Virus record (IMG/VR): IMGVR_UViG_3300046170_000289
DNA length: 64,000 nt
Strand: one strand, 5' to 3'
Source of the DNA: a virus
A model generated the notes under the pieces. The model searched no databases, was not told the DNA's origin, and worked only from the letters and a program-made list of their open reading frames with translations. The position numbers were made by a program, and so were the translations under genes. Position 1 is the stretch's first letter, and each line of letters begins with the position of its first letter. Positions 1 to 7,809 of this stretch are shown here, one piece after another.

Positions 1-27
1 ACCTAGATAGATCTCATTTTGGCTCAT
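1..27 (-). CDS. gp17: Terminase large subunit, N-terminal 9 codons only (truncated by window edge)
   Basis: Minus strand reads ATG AGC CAA AAT GAG ATC TAT CTA GGT = MSQNEIYLG, the typical start (..YLGNPNLK) of cyanomyovirus gp17. It sits at the expected position closing the gp16-gp17 island. Confidence 0.8.
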
Positions 28-622
28 AAGGGAATGGTCTCCTGTTTTTTTCTTGTCCTACTGCATGTGCTTCAACAACCTCTTCCTGTCCTGGACAGAA
101 TTGAAAGACTGCACTAAACCTAGCAGCAACAGGACAGTGCCTTGTCGGTGCTTTACCTCCATGAGGGACTAATCCTGGGAATACTACAACCCTTCCTGGT
201 TTAGGAATGACTGTATCTGTAATCCTGTCGCCATTCATGAAGATGGTCTCACCGCCCCACTCAGGTATCCATGCCCTATTAGTGTAGACAAGGAAACTGA
301 GTGCATCTAATCCTTCCCCATCACAGTGGACAGCAGGACTATCACCAAAACGGAAAGCATTATAAACGACTCTGTGAAATGAAGGAATGGGAATCCCAGC
401 CCGAAGAAATGCATGGTTTATACAAAAGTAATCAAACTCCCCATAGTTGGGGTAGTCGATCGCTCTTCCTAAAGAATAAGTGGAAAGGTTATCGTCTGGC
501 GCGTTATCAAAGATAAGTTGCCATCCGTCAAAGTGGGTGAAGTATGTATCCATATAAAGGATCTCTTCATCTGTGAAGAGATCATCAATGACCATCACCT
601 GATCATATTTAACAATATCCAT
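14..622 (-). CDS. 2OG-Fe(II) oxygenase (prolyl-4-hydroxylase-like)
   Basis: HxD (VHCD), WxxxWGGET, PKPGRVVVFPG, distal His (VPHGG) and RxS (ARFS) motifs of the DSBH 2OG-Fe(II) fold. Confidence 0.88.
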   Translation of the reverse strand: MDIVKYDQVMVIDDLFTDEEILYMDTYFTHFDGWQLIFDNAPDDNLSTYSLGRAIDYPNYGEFDYFCINHAFLRAGIPIPSFHRVVYNAFRFGDSPAVHCDGEGLDALSFLVYTNRAWIPEWGGETIFMNGDRITDTVIPKPGRVVVFPGLVPHGGKAPTRHCPVAARFSAVFQFCPGQEEVVEAHAVGQEKNRRPFPYEPK

Positions 623-1083
623 TACTCCACCAACGTGCCGTGCGCCCTCCTGATCTCTTTAAGTGCCTCTAGATTCATATCCTTAGTGCCACCATCATAT
701 GCGTGAGCATATCCTTCTGTAATCATTTGCTCGTTGAGAGACACGTCTCCGTCCCCAATGTAAAGCCAACCAAGAAGACGCCCATATTTGCCAACCCCAC
801 CAACAAGTTCAGTCCTAACAGACAACTCATCATCACCAGCGATAGTCGATTCCAGTTTCTCTTTGAGCCAGTTGGTTGCGTCGATTCCAAGTGCTTTCTC
901 CGCTAGGTTTTTCGTCCTTTTTTCTGGCGTATCAACGCCTGCAACTCTAACTCTTTCTTTCTTGTATAAATCAAACCCGAGGTCAATAGTGACATCGATA
1001 GTATCACCATCAAGGACACGGTTGATCTCCGTCACTCGGAAGTTGTAGCAGCTCTTCCTGCTCGGTGGTGTCATTGCTCCCAT
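622..1083 (-). CDS. Staphylococcal-nuclease (thermonuclease)-like endonuclease
   Basis: RVLDGDTIDV, RVRVAGVDTPE, GKYGRLLG and LNEQMITEGYA are SNase-family motifs. Confidence 0.88.
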   Translation of the reverse strand: MGAMTPPSRKSCYNFRVTEINRVLDGDTIDVTIDLGFDLYKKERVRVAGVDTPEKRTKNLAEKALGIDATNWLKEKLESTIAGDDELSVRTELVGGVGKYGRLLGWLYIGDGDVSLNEQMITEGYAHAYDGGTKDMNLEALKEIRRAHGTLVE

Positions 1084-1219
1084 CTTTTAACTCTGCAAAT
1101 GCTATTCTTAATATGTATACGACCGCATACAATGCCATGCCAAGTGCCATTATCACCATAATGATTACCGACCACACAGGATCGTTAGCATTATCTAAGG
1201 GACGCAATAGTAAATTCAT
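1010..1219 (-). CDS. Hypothetical small membrane protein (69 aa)
   Basis: ORF track. One hydrophobic segment (VWSVIIMVIMALGMALYAVVYIL). ATGA-coupled to the upstream micro-ORF. Confidence 0.65.
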   Translation of the reverse strand: MNLLLRPLDNANDPVWSVIIMVIMALGMALYAVVYILRIAFAELKDGSNDTTEQEELLQLPSDGDQPCP

Positions 1220-1293
1220 TTCTTAACTGGTAGAGTTAACTCCATACCAATGGTAAGTAGCAGTATAAAAACAAAAACAAACAATGCACTCAT
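1216..1293 (-). CDS. Micro-ORF, 25 aa, single hydrophobic helix (MSALFVFVFILLLTIGMELTLPVKK)
   Basis: Read manually. It fills the gap exactly, with ATGA overlaps to both neighbours. Confidence 0.6.
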   Translation of the reverse strand: MSALFVFVFILLLTIGMELTLPVKK

Positions 1294-1436
1294 GGGTTTT
1301 TCGGGTCAATGCCTAATTCTAAAAGATACTGTGTCCACCAGTCTGGATCCCTCTTGCACTTCCAATCGGGTACTGGTAAATTATGAAGCGAATACCATTC
1401 GTTAATCGCTTCATCTATAGTCTGTGCGATCTCCAT
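1290..1436 (-). CDS. Hypothetical protein (48 aa, MEIAQTIDEAINEWY...)
   Basis: 3' part of ORF 1290..1532. The internal Met was chosen to avoid a long overlap with the upstream gene. Confidence 0.65.
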   Translation of the reverse strand: MEIAQTIDEAINEWYSLHNLPVPDWKCKRDPDWWTQYLLELGIDPKNP

Positions 1437-1617
1437 ATTCCTCTTCCTCTTCGTCAACATCAGCATATGCATCTGCCACGAAGGGTCCTCGTTTGCGTAA
1501 AGGTTCTCGTCTGACATAATCAGTTTCAGCATTTACGGCGGACATCCAGACTGCAACCTTCATCATAATGAATATGATTCCCACAGGGGCTAAACATAAT
1601 AGAAGTTTTGCATTCAT
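1411..1617 (-). CDS. Hypothetical protein (68 aa), N-terminal hydrophobic segment and acidic tail
   Basis: ORF track. ATGA overlap with the upstream ORF. Confidence 0.7.
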   Translation of the reverse strand: MNAKLLLCLAPVGIIFIMMKVAVWMSAVNAETDYVRREPLRKRGPFVADAYADVDEEEEEYGDRTDYR

Positions 1618-1832
1618 TCATCGACATCCATGTAGCGAAATTTGTAATCTAATACTGCTTTATATAGTTCATCTCTCAATATGCGTAAGTGCTCTTGCTC
1701 CTCATAGGGACGAGCAGGAGCACCTGGCCATAGTCTAATTGTTTCTTTCACACAATGGTAGAGAAGATAAATGTCTTCAATACTCCATTCATATCCAAAA
1801 GTACCCTCGTTATCCTGCGGGTCATATTCCAT
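1614..1832 (-). CDS. Hypothetical protein (72 aa)
   Basis: ORF 1614..1868. Start reassigned to MEYDPQD so it packs against the upstream micro-ORF. Confidence 0.7.
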   Translation of the reverse strand: MEYDPQDNEGTFGYEWSIEDIYLLYHCVKETIRLWPGAPARPYEEQEHLRILRDELYKAVLDYKFRYMDVDE

Positions 1833-1986
1833 GTTTTTTTGTAAATGGTTCCCAGTGCTCCCAACCATATTTATGTACAGCCCACATACCTATGATAGGG
1901 ACAAAGACTAGAATGGTTGCGAGGAATCCTAATCCGTATGGGTTGTTTAATACAACCCCACAGAATCTAGCAAAGTGTAAAAGCAT
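1822..1986 (-). CDS. Small membrane protein (54 aa, MLLHFARFCGVVLNNPYGLGFLATILVFVPIIGMWAVHKYGWEHWEPFTKKHGI)
   Basis: Read manually. TAATG-coupled to the upstream gene, with one TM-like segment. Confidence 0.7.
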   Translation of the reverse strand: MLLHFARFCGVVLNNPYGLGFLATILVFVPIIGMWAVHKYGWEHWEPFTKKHGI

Positions 1987-2186
1987 TAGAGGAAATACTT
2001 CGATAGGATGTCTATACGCTCTTGCTCGTGAGCGATAATGTCTAGTTGATCTTGAATAGCAGCGAGCACATCAGGGTGCTCACCAATACCTACGGGATTC
2101 TTGAGGTAGATCTCAATGTTGAGTCGTGCCTTTTCAATGTTACCTTCTGCATCGATGCGAAGTGCTTTAAGAATTTCGTTTCTCAT
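1986..2186 (-). CDS. Hypothetical helical protein (66 aa, NPVGIGEHPD motif)
   Basis: ORF track. Resembles a recurrent cyanomyovirus small protein. Confidence 0.75.
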   Translation of the reverse strand: MRNEILKALRIDAEGNIEKARLNIEIYLKNPVGIGEHPDVLAAIQDQLDIIAHEQERIDILSKYFL

Positions 2187-2195
2187 AATTAATTT

Positions 2196-2291
2196 TTAAT
2201 GATAGTAGGCATTTTCTAATCCCCATGTAACAGAATACACTACTACGGAGATAATTGCAATGGACTGGAGTGCTAACCCAACTTTTTCCAT
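2196..2291 (-). CDS. Micro-ORF, 31 aa single-TM (MEKVGLALQSIAIISVVVYSVTWGLENAYYH)
   Basis: Read manually. Fills an intergenic gap and has a hydrophobic core. Confidence 0.6.
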   Translation of the reverse strand: MEKVGLALQSIAIISVVVYSVTWGLENAYYH

Positions 2292-2422
2292 GGATCGTCG
2301 TTGTGCAGGCAAGAATTCGGATGTACCCACCCTTTATTTAATTCTTTTATCCTTTCCCTTAGTATGTTATTTTCGAGTTTCAACATATAGATTTGATTCT
2401 TAAGTTTCTCGATCGGTGTCAT
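2273..2422 (-). CDS. Small coiled-coil protein (49 aa, MTPIEKLKNQIYMLKLENNILRERIKELNKGWVHP...)
   Basis: Read manually. Heptad pattern, short overlaps with both neighbours. Confidence 0.65.
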   Translation of the reverse strand: MTPIEKLKNQIYMLKLENNILRERIKELNKGWVHPNSCLHNDDPWKKLG

Positions 2423-2717
2423 AACGGTTCTTCCAAATCTCCAGAAAATACCTATCTACTTGATAGAGGTCAGCAGTAGGTGGTGGTAATCTATCTATGT
2501 CTTCAGACCAACACCTACATATATCTCGCATTTCTAAAGTAATACCGTCAGGTCGAAACATCCTCCCGAAGGAGGACATTGCAAAGGCGAAACGCATTCT
2601 AATGCGCTGTGCCATTTCCTGAGTAGGCGTCAGTTTCATAATAGTTATTTTCACCTCTTCTGTACCCGTAATATGCGGTGGCACATACAAAGGGTAGTGA
2701 TCCGAAAAGTAGGACAT
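2400..2717 (-). CDS. Hypothetical protein (up to 105 aa)
   Basis: ORF track directly downstream of gnd. Start uncertain. Confidence 0.65.
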   Translation of the reverse strand: MSYFSDHYPLYVPPHITGTEEVKITIMKLTPTQEMAQRIRMRFAFAMSSFGRMFRPDGITLEMRDICRCWSEDIDRLPPPTADLYQVDRYFLEIWKNRYDTDRET

Positions 2718-2726
2718 GGGCTAGTG

Positions 2727-3791
2727 TCATCTTACGTTGTGTCCTCCAAACATATACCTCATTCCATTAAGGATCTTGTTTGCATATTTCGCTAGTCCAC
2801 GGGAAGCGAATCTCTCGTATAGTGCTGCAGATAGGACAGGAGCGGGTACCCCAAGATCCACAGCAGCGTGGACAGTCCAACGACCTTCACCAGAGTCTGA
2901 TACACCTCCATCGAATTTGCTAAGCTCTGGATCGCCTCGTAATACATCAGCGGTAAGATCAAGTAACCAAGACCCAACCACACTACCGCGACGCCATAAC
3001 TCAGCAACTTCAGCAACGTCGATATCATATTGATAATCCCTCGGATTCTCCATCGGAGCAACCTCAGCATCGCCCTCTTTAACGTAAGCTGACCCAGCAT
3101 TAGCTTCATGCAGGATATTAAATCCCTCTGCGTATGCTTGCATGATCCCATATTCAACTCCATTGTGGACCATTTTAGTGAAGTGTCCTGCACCAGGACC
3201 ACCGCAACGCAACCATCCAAATTCAGATTGCCTTACATAATCGCCATCGCTCGTTCTAGGGGCGGCAGAAATGCCTGGGGAGAGTGCGTTAAAGATTGGA
3301 GCGCAGGTCTGTACTGCAGTATTTGCACCACCAACCATAAGACAGTATCCACGGTCCAGACCATAAACACCACCGCTAGTGCCACAGTCAATATATTGGA
3401 TACCCAGTTTATCAAGCCTCTCTGCCCGTCTGCGAGAGTCCTTAAAATTACTATTGCCATGATCAATAATAATATCTCCCTCCACACAAAACTGTAGTAA
3501 CTCATTCAATGTATCCTCTACTAATTCTGCTGGAATAACCATCATGAAGACAGCAGGTCTTTTTTCATAGACAGTCTCACCAGATTTCTCACCATAGATA
3601 TACCCACCTCGGTGGACCACCTCAGAGAGTTGCTCCAATCCATAGGCAACACCAGTGACATAACCTTTTTCGTATGCCTCCTCTGCCTTCTTGAGGTTAC
3701 GTCTGTAACCCCATGTCTCGATGCCTGCTGCCATCATGCGGCGAGACATACCCTCACCCATGCGACCAAGACCAATGATACCAACTTTCAT
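2727..3791 (-). CDS. gnd: 6-phosphogluconate dehydrogenase (decarboxylating, short form)
   Basis: Rossmann motif GIIGLGRMG, plus IIDHGNS, DCGTSGG, GHFTKMVHNGVEYG and DSGEGRW. Start placed at MKVGIIG. Confidence 0.97.
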   Translation of the reverse strand: MKVGIIGLGRMGEGMSRRMMAAGIETWGYRRNLKKAEEAYEKGYVTGVAYGLEQLSEVVHRGGYIYGEKSGETVYEKRPAVFMMVIPAELVEDTLNELLQFCVEGDIIIDHGNSNFKDSRRRAERLDKLGIQYIDCGTSGGVYGLDRGYCLMVGGANTAVQTCAPIFNALSPGISAAPRTSDGDYVRQSEFGWLRCGGPGAGHFTKMVHNGVEYGIMQAYAEGFNILHEANAGSAYVKEGDAEVAPMENPRDYQYDIDVAEVAELWRRGSVVGSWLLDLTADVLRGDPELSKFDGGVSDSGEGRWTVHAAVDLGVPAPVLSAALYERFASRGLAKYANKILNGMRYMFGGHNVR

Positions 3792-3801
3792 AATTAAGTG
3801 A

Positions 3802-4452
3802 TTAAGCGTTTGCAGATTCCCAGTCCTTCTGGAATTGATCAAGTCCTTCACGAGTCAAGACGTGATCATACATCTTCCAGAAGATCGCAGGTGGCATAGT
3901 AACGGTACTAGCACCATAAGTATAGCACCTTGAGACGTGATGCACATCCCTCAGAGACGCTGCTAGGATCTCCGTGGTACACATCTGCACACTGAATGCA
4001 TTAGCGATAGCACGGACCAACTCAATACCACTGAATGAGTTGTCATTGCACCTACCAATGAAAGGAGAGACATATGCTGCCCCTGCCTTCGCTGCTAGTA
4101 GTGCCTGTGCCACTGAGAATACCAAAGTGACATTAACCTTAACTCCTTGCTCTGAGAGGATCTTACATGCCTTTAGTCCCTCAACAGTGCAAGGGACTTT
4201 GATTGTAACTGCTTCTCCTAATGGTTGATAAGTCTTTGCTTGCTCAATCATTTCGTCAGCTGTCTCTGCAACCACCTCCGTGGAGACGCTGATAAGGTCT
4301 GGACATTCTTTCAGTAGTCTTGATGCCACATTATAAAGAGTATCACCTGATCTTAGAATCAACGTTGGATTTGTCGTGACACCATCAATCAACCCCGTGC
4401 TGTATGCCCTTTTAATCTCATGGACATCAGCAGTATCTAGAAAAATTTTCAT
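3802..4452 (-). CDS. talC: Transaldolase (TalC/MipB family)
   Basis: FLDTAD, GVTTNPT, Schiff-base Lys in IKVPCT, VNVTLVFS, YVSPFIGR and AASLR. The Glu in STEV and the Phe in SPF favour transaldolase over FSA. Confidence 0.97.
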   Translation of the reverse strand: MKIFLDTADVHEIKRAYSTGLIDGVTTNPTLILRSGDTLYNVASRLLKECPDLISVSTEVVAETADEMIEQAKTYQPLGEAVTIKVPCTVEGLKACKILSEQGVKVNVTLVFSVAQALLAAKAGAAYVSPFIGRCNDNSFSGIELVRAIANAFSVQMCTTEILAASLRDVHHVSRCYTYGASTVTMPPAIFWKMYDHVLTREGLDQFQKDWESANA

Positions 4453-4455
4453 AAT

Positions 4456-4779
4456 TTAGTTAACGTGAATAACGCCTGTCATACCAGCGCCTTGGTGAGG
4501 ACCACAAAAGAATTCATAATCGCCTGCATCTGCAAACGTAATGTCCTGAGATTCTCCAGGACTGAACATGAGTGATTCTCTGCTGAGGTCAGCACGACCT
4601 TCAACAATGATGTTGTGTGGGGGAAGCATACCGTTTACAAAATGCACGGTGTCCCCAGCGGAAATTGAAATATCGTTAGGCTCAAAAATGAGATTTCCGT
4701 TTGATCCCATTGTAACTTCTACTGCCCACGCTGGCAACGCGAGGAATAACGAAGCAAATAAAACTATGAAAAACTTCAT
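4456..4779 (-). CDS. petE: Plastocyanin
   Basis: Signal peptide ending PAWA, then LIFEP, PPHN and the C-terminal Cu ligands CGPHQGAGM. Confidence 0.96.
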   Translation of the reverse strand: MKFFIVLFASLFLALPAWAVEVTMGSNGNLIFEPNDISISAGDTVHFVNGMLPPHNIIVEGRADLSRESLMFSPGESQDITFADAGDYEFFCGPHQGAGMTGVIHVN

Positions 4780-4805
4780 ATGCTATTTGTGTAACTGTAG
4801 TTATG

Positions 4806-4825
4806 TAGGGGGTTTGTGCCCCCTA
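4806..4825 (-). terminator. GC-rich stem-loop upstream of petE (terminator-like or processing stem)
   Basis: TAGGGGG-6 nt-CCCCCTA, a 7-bp perfect stem. No U-tract on the coding strand. Confidence 0.45.
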
Positions 4826-4832
4826 GTTACAT

Positions 4833-5123
4833 TCAAAAGTCAAGCTTTCCTAACTCTTCTAGAGTGTCTTTTTTACCCTTGATCATACCGTCAATGTATC
4901 CTGCACGGTATTCCCAAGTCTGTCCACCATCCTTTCCTTTGAGAGGATTGATGCACTCATCGTTGCCATATTTATTACATACAAGACCAGCGAGATCCAA
5001 TTCAGACTTCTCACCTGACGCTCCTGTCCCACGCCATACATGGGTGCCATTAATCCATGTAGCACCACATTTCGTACACTCCTTTCGCTCCAACTTAAAG
5101 TCGGATAATTCCTTATCTTCCAT
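4833..5123 (-). CDS. Hypothetical protein with four Cys (CxxC...Cx7C), possible Zn binder (96 aa)
   Basis: ORF track: CTKC ... CNKYGNDEC. Confidence 0.75.
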   Translation of the reverse strand: MEDKELSDFKLERKECTKCGATWINGTHVWRGTGASGEKSELDLAGLVCNKYGNDECINPLKGKDGGQTWEYRAGYIDGMIKGKKDTLEELGKLDF

Positions 5124-5133
5124 AACTATTCTC

Positions 5134-5403
5134 CTAGCAATTCCAAGCTCTGAGGGACTTATTGATTCTACTATCTGGATCGGATGCTGTCTTCTTAGAT
5201 GTGAGTTTCCTCTTCATCCCACTCATCCGCGCACAAAAACTCGCTCTACGAGGGTTCCCAACTTTTTTTGAAGGTCTCTTAAGATCGCTTCCTGGGTTTT
5301 CACGCTCATACGACTTCCGTCCTTTTTCATTTAGTCCACCCTCAGAGTTTTTGCCTGACTTTTTCTGCCAGTCTTCATTAAGAAATTCATTAAAGGATTT
5401 CAT
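5134..5403 (-). CDS. Basic protein with capsid-targeting-like leader (recalled as DUF6321-like)
   Basis: Leader MKSFNEFLNE, K/R-rich body, RRASFCARM and INKSLRAWNC motifs. Confidence 0.8.
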   Translation of the reverse strand: MKSFNEFLNEDWQKKSGKNSEGGLNEKGRKSYERENPGSDLKRPSKKVGNPRRASFCARMSGMKRKLTSKKTASDPDSRINKSLRAWNC

Positions 5404-5525
5404 TCTTCTTTATTGTTAGGGTTTCTAGCACAATTCAACTCATGCTTTTCCAACCACGTCTTAGGACGCTGGTGTCCAATGGGCACCGTGATGCCACAGT
5501 ATCGACACTTCTTAGACTCAGCCAT
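5400..5525 (-). CDS. Small C2HC zinc-finger-like protein (41 aa)
   Basis: MAESKKCRYCG...KHELNCARNP gives a CxxC-x17-HxxxC pattern. Confidence 0.65.
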   Translation of the reverse strand: MAESKKCRYCGITVPIGHQRPKTWLEKHELNCARNPNNKEE

Positions 5526-7785
5526 AATGATAAGCTCCTTTAGTAGTTTTCTTAGGTAGTTTGCCACCTCTAGCTTTGGTGCCAGAAGTTTCACCATACC
5601 CTTCAGGATGTTTGCCTGCTTTCGTTTTACCGATAGAGTCGGACTTTGCTTTGCTGCCCTTTTCAGTATAGTGCAGTTTTGCTGATTTGTCCTTGTCCTT
5701 AGTGATCACGGATTCTTGCCCGTGCTTGCGTCCCATGCGACGCATAACTTTTCCAAATCTACGCTTGCTCATCTTATCAGGTTTTGAGGTCTGATAGGAC
5801 ACTTCGCGTCCAGTTTCTCCACTGTCATACTTGTATTCGCCCACACCTTTTTTGTGACCGATACCATGCTTCTTCAGATCCTTTTCGAGACCCTTACGTC
5901 CCTCACGATTCTTTTTTTCGTCAGACCCCCTGTCAGCACTGATATGTCCAGTGACTTGAGTCTTTGACTTCTGCATCATGCGAGCAGTAGCATTACCTTC
6001 TGAAAGGAATGCACCGAATGAAAGTGTAGTTACTTCCTCACGCTTGATACCACCGATCTTATCGATAGCACGACCGATTGCTTTACCGATCTTATCGCGC
6101 TTACGCTCTTTCTTCTGAGGATCCTTAGAGGGAAGACCCGATGCACCTGCCTTCTTCAGACGCTCATAAGAAGTGCTACCACTGGACTTGTACTTAGATG
6201 CAGCAGAAGACTTCTGACGCTTGGCATAGTCCATGTAGGACTCACCTTTCTTCAGTTTCTTAGGATCAGACTTTGGTTTTGCTGCATCAGCACGGTCTTC
6301 GCGAGCACGAGCATTAGCACCAGGACCACCCAACTTACGATCCTTCTCAGGATCTGGATGCCACATGTCAGCACGCTCAGCGATAGTCTCTTCACCCAGT
6401 CTGCGTGCTACGTTACGAGCACCACGAGACAAGGATCTTGCACCAGCACCAACTGCTTTCTTGATACCACGCTTCAGTTTGCTACCAATTCTGCTGAGCA
6501 GACCAGGCTTCTTAGGACCTGAATCGCTGCTGCTAGAAGAGGAGTCACTGCTGCTAGAAGAATCGCTGCTGCTAGAGGATGTAGTGGGATTAGAAGAAGT
6601 AGTCTCAGAATCCTTATCAGGGGAGGACGATTGGGTGGACTTGTAACCACTCTTAGCGGCACTACCCATGTCTTTCGCGAGATTTTTCGCGTGTCCTGCT
6701 GCCTTACCAGCAACTTCAGCACCCTTAACAGCACCTTTGCGTGCCAGTTTAGCGCCAGTCTTAAGACCAGACTTCAGTGCAGACCCTACTTTCTTAGCAG
6801 CACTCTTAACCTTATCGAGTTTTACTCTACGGTTTGCTGCTTTTACTTCAGGAGTCCTGCTTGCTGCTTTAGATGAAGCAACTGCTTTATCGTAGTAAGA
6901 GTCAGAGACTTCAGTAATCAGGGACAGTGAATAGTCAACAGACTCACAGAGCATATCCGTGACGCTATCGATATTTCTACCTTCTGCCAACTCTTCAACA
7001 AAGACTTCTGCCACGATCTCTTCAATAAGAGTATCGCTAAGGAGTGAGATCTCCCAGTCATTCATCTCTGCAAAGATGTCAACCTGATCGAAGACACTTT
7101 CTTTCTGCAGTTTAGCAGCACGCTTAGCAGCAGTCTTTGCCTTGATGCGCTCTTTAGCAGCATCTGCATCTTTCTTAGAAATCATACTCACTGCGCCAAC
7201 CTTCTGGTCAACGTCACCAGGAGCATATCCTTCCGTCTCAACATACTGAGACTTGTCACCTTTGACTTTCTTATCTCCACGATTCATTTTGTGAAGAGAT
7301 CTTCTCAGTTTACCGTGTGCCATTTCATTACCTTTGACACCAAACTTGCGAAGGTTTCTGTCTGCTTCCTTTTTCTCAGGAGATCCAGTATCAACCTTTG
7401 CTTCTACGTTGAGAGTCTTAGGATAATCCTTGTCACCTTTCTTAGCAGGTGCTTCACCACGCTTACGCTTGGCATGAATATTATCCCAGAGACCTTTCTT
7501 ACCTTCTTCCAGGTCAGTCTCTTCTTTCTTAGTCTTCATGATGGCACCCTTGCCATACTTAGCAGTGATGTCTGCCTTTACTCTGTCCATTGCAGAGGTG
7601 CCAGCACCATACTTCTTATCTGCATCCTTCTGCAGTTGGGTCTTACCCTTCATCTTAGGTTGAGTACCACCAGATCTAGGTTTGTCGCTACTAGCAGACC
7701 TCCAGGTCCCACGCTCTAGTTGGCGGTCCCTCATTCTGTCGTACTCTTCCTCACTGAGGTTGGAGATTTGGGAAAATGATTTCAT
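5518..7785 (-). CDS. Large Lys-rich low-complexity protein, probable capsid-internal (poly)protein
   Basis: 755-aa ORF with leader MKSFSQISNLSEE. Basic blocks are separated by (I/L)xE motifs, and there is a Ser-rich linker. Confidence 0.85.
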   Translation of the reverse strand: MKSFSQISNLSEEEYDRMRDRQLERGTWRSASSDKPRSGGTQPKMKGKTQLQKDADKKYGAGTSAMDRVKADITAKYGKGAIMKTKKEETDLEEGKKGLWDNIHAKRKRGEAPAKKGDKDYPKTLNVEAKVDTGSPEKKEADRNLRKFGVKGNEMAHGKLRRSLHKMNRGDKKVKGDKSQYVETEGYAPGDVDQKVGAVSMISKKDADAAKERIKAKTAAKRAAKLQKESVFDQVDIFAEMNDWEISLLSDTLIEEIVAEVFVEELAEGRNIDSVTDMLCESVDYSLSLITEVSDSYYDKAVASSKAASRTPEVKAANRRVKLDKVKSAAKKVGSALKSGLKTGAKLARKGAVKGAEVAGKAAGHAKNLAKDMGSAAKSGYKSTQSSSPDKDSETTSSNPTTSSSSSDSSSSSDSSSSSSDSGPKKPGLLSRIGSKLKRGIKKAVGAGARSLSRGARNVARRLGEETIAERADMWHPDPEKDRKLGGPGANARAREDRADAAKPKSDPKKLKKGESYMDYAKRQKSSAASKYKSSGSTSYERLKKAGASGLPSKDPQKKERKRDKIGKAIGRAIDKIGGIKREEVTTLSFGAFLSEGNATARMMQKSKTQVTGHISADRGSDEKKNREGRKGLEKDLKKHGIGHKKGVGEYKYDSGETGREVSYQTSKPDKMSKRRFGKVMRRMGRKHGQESVITKDKDKSAKLHYTEKGSKAKSDSIGKTKAGKHPEGYGETSGTKARGGKLPKKTTKGAYHYG
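6519..6570 (-). repeat. Imperfect tandem repeat encoding a Ser/Asp linker (SSSSDSSSSSDSSSSSSD)
   Basis: Three copies of ctgctgctaga on the plus strand at 18-21 nt spacing. Confidence 0.8.
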
Positions 7786-7809
7786 TTCTAGTCTCTTTAA
7801 TTAGTGTGA

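Noticed and set aside
3792-3851. 20-aa N-terminal extension of gnd in the ORF track
   Set aside because: It overlaps the talC end. The Rossmann fold starts at MKVGIIG (3791).
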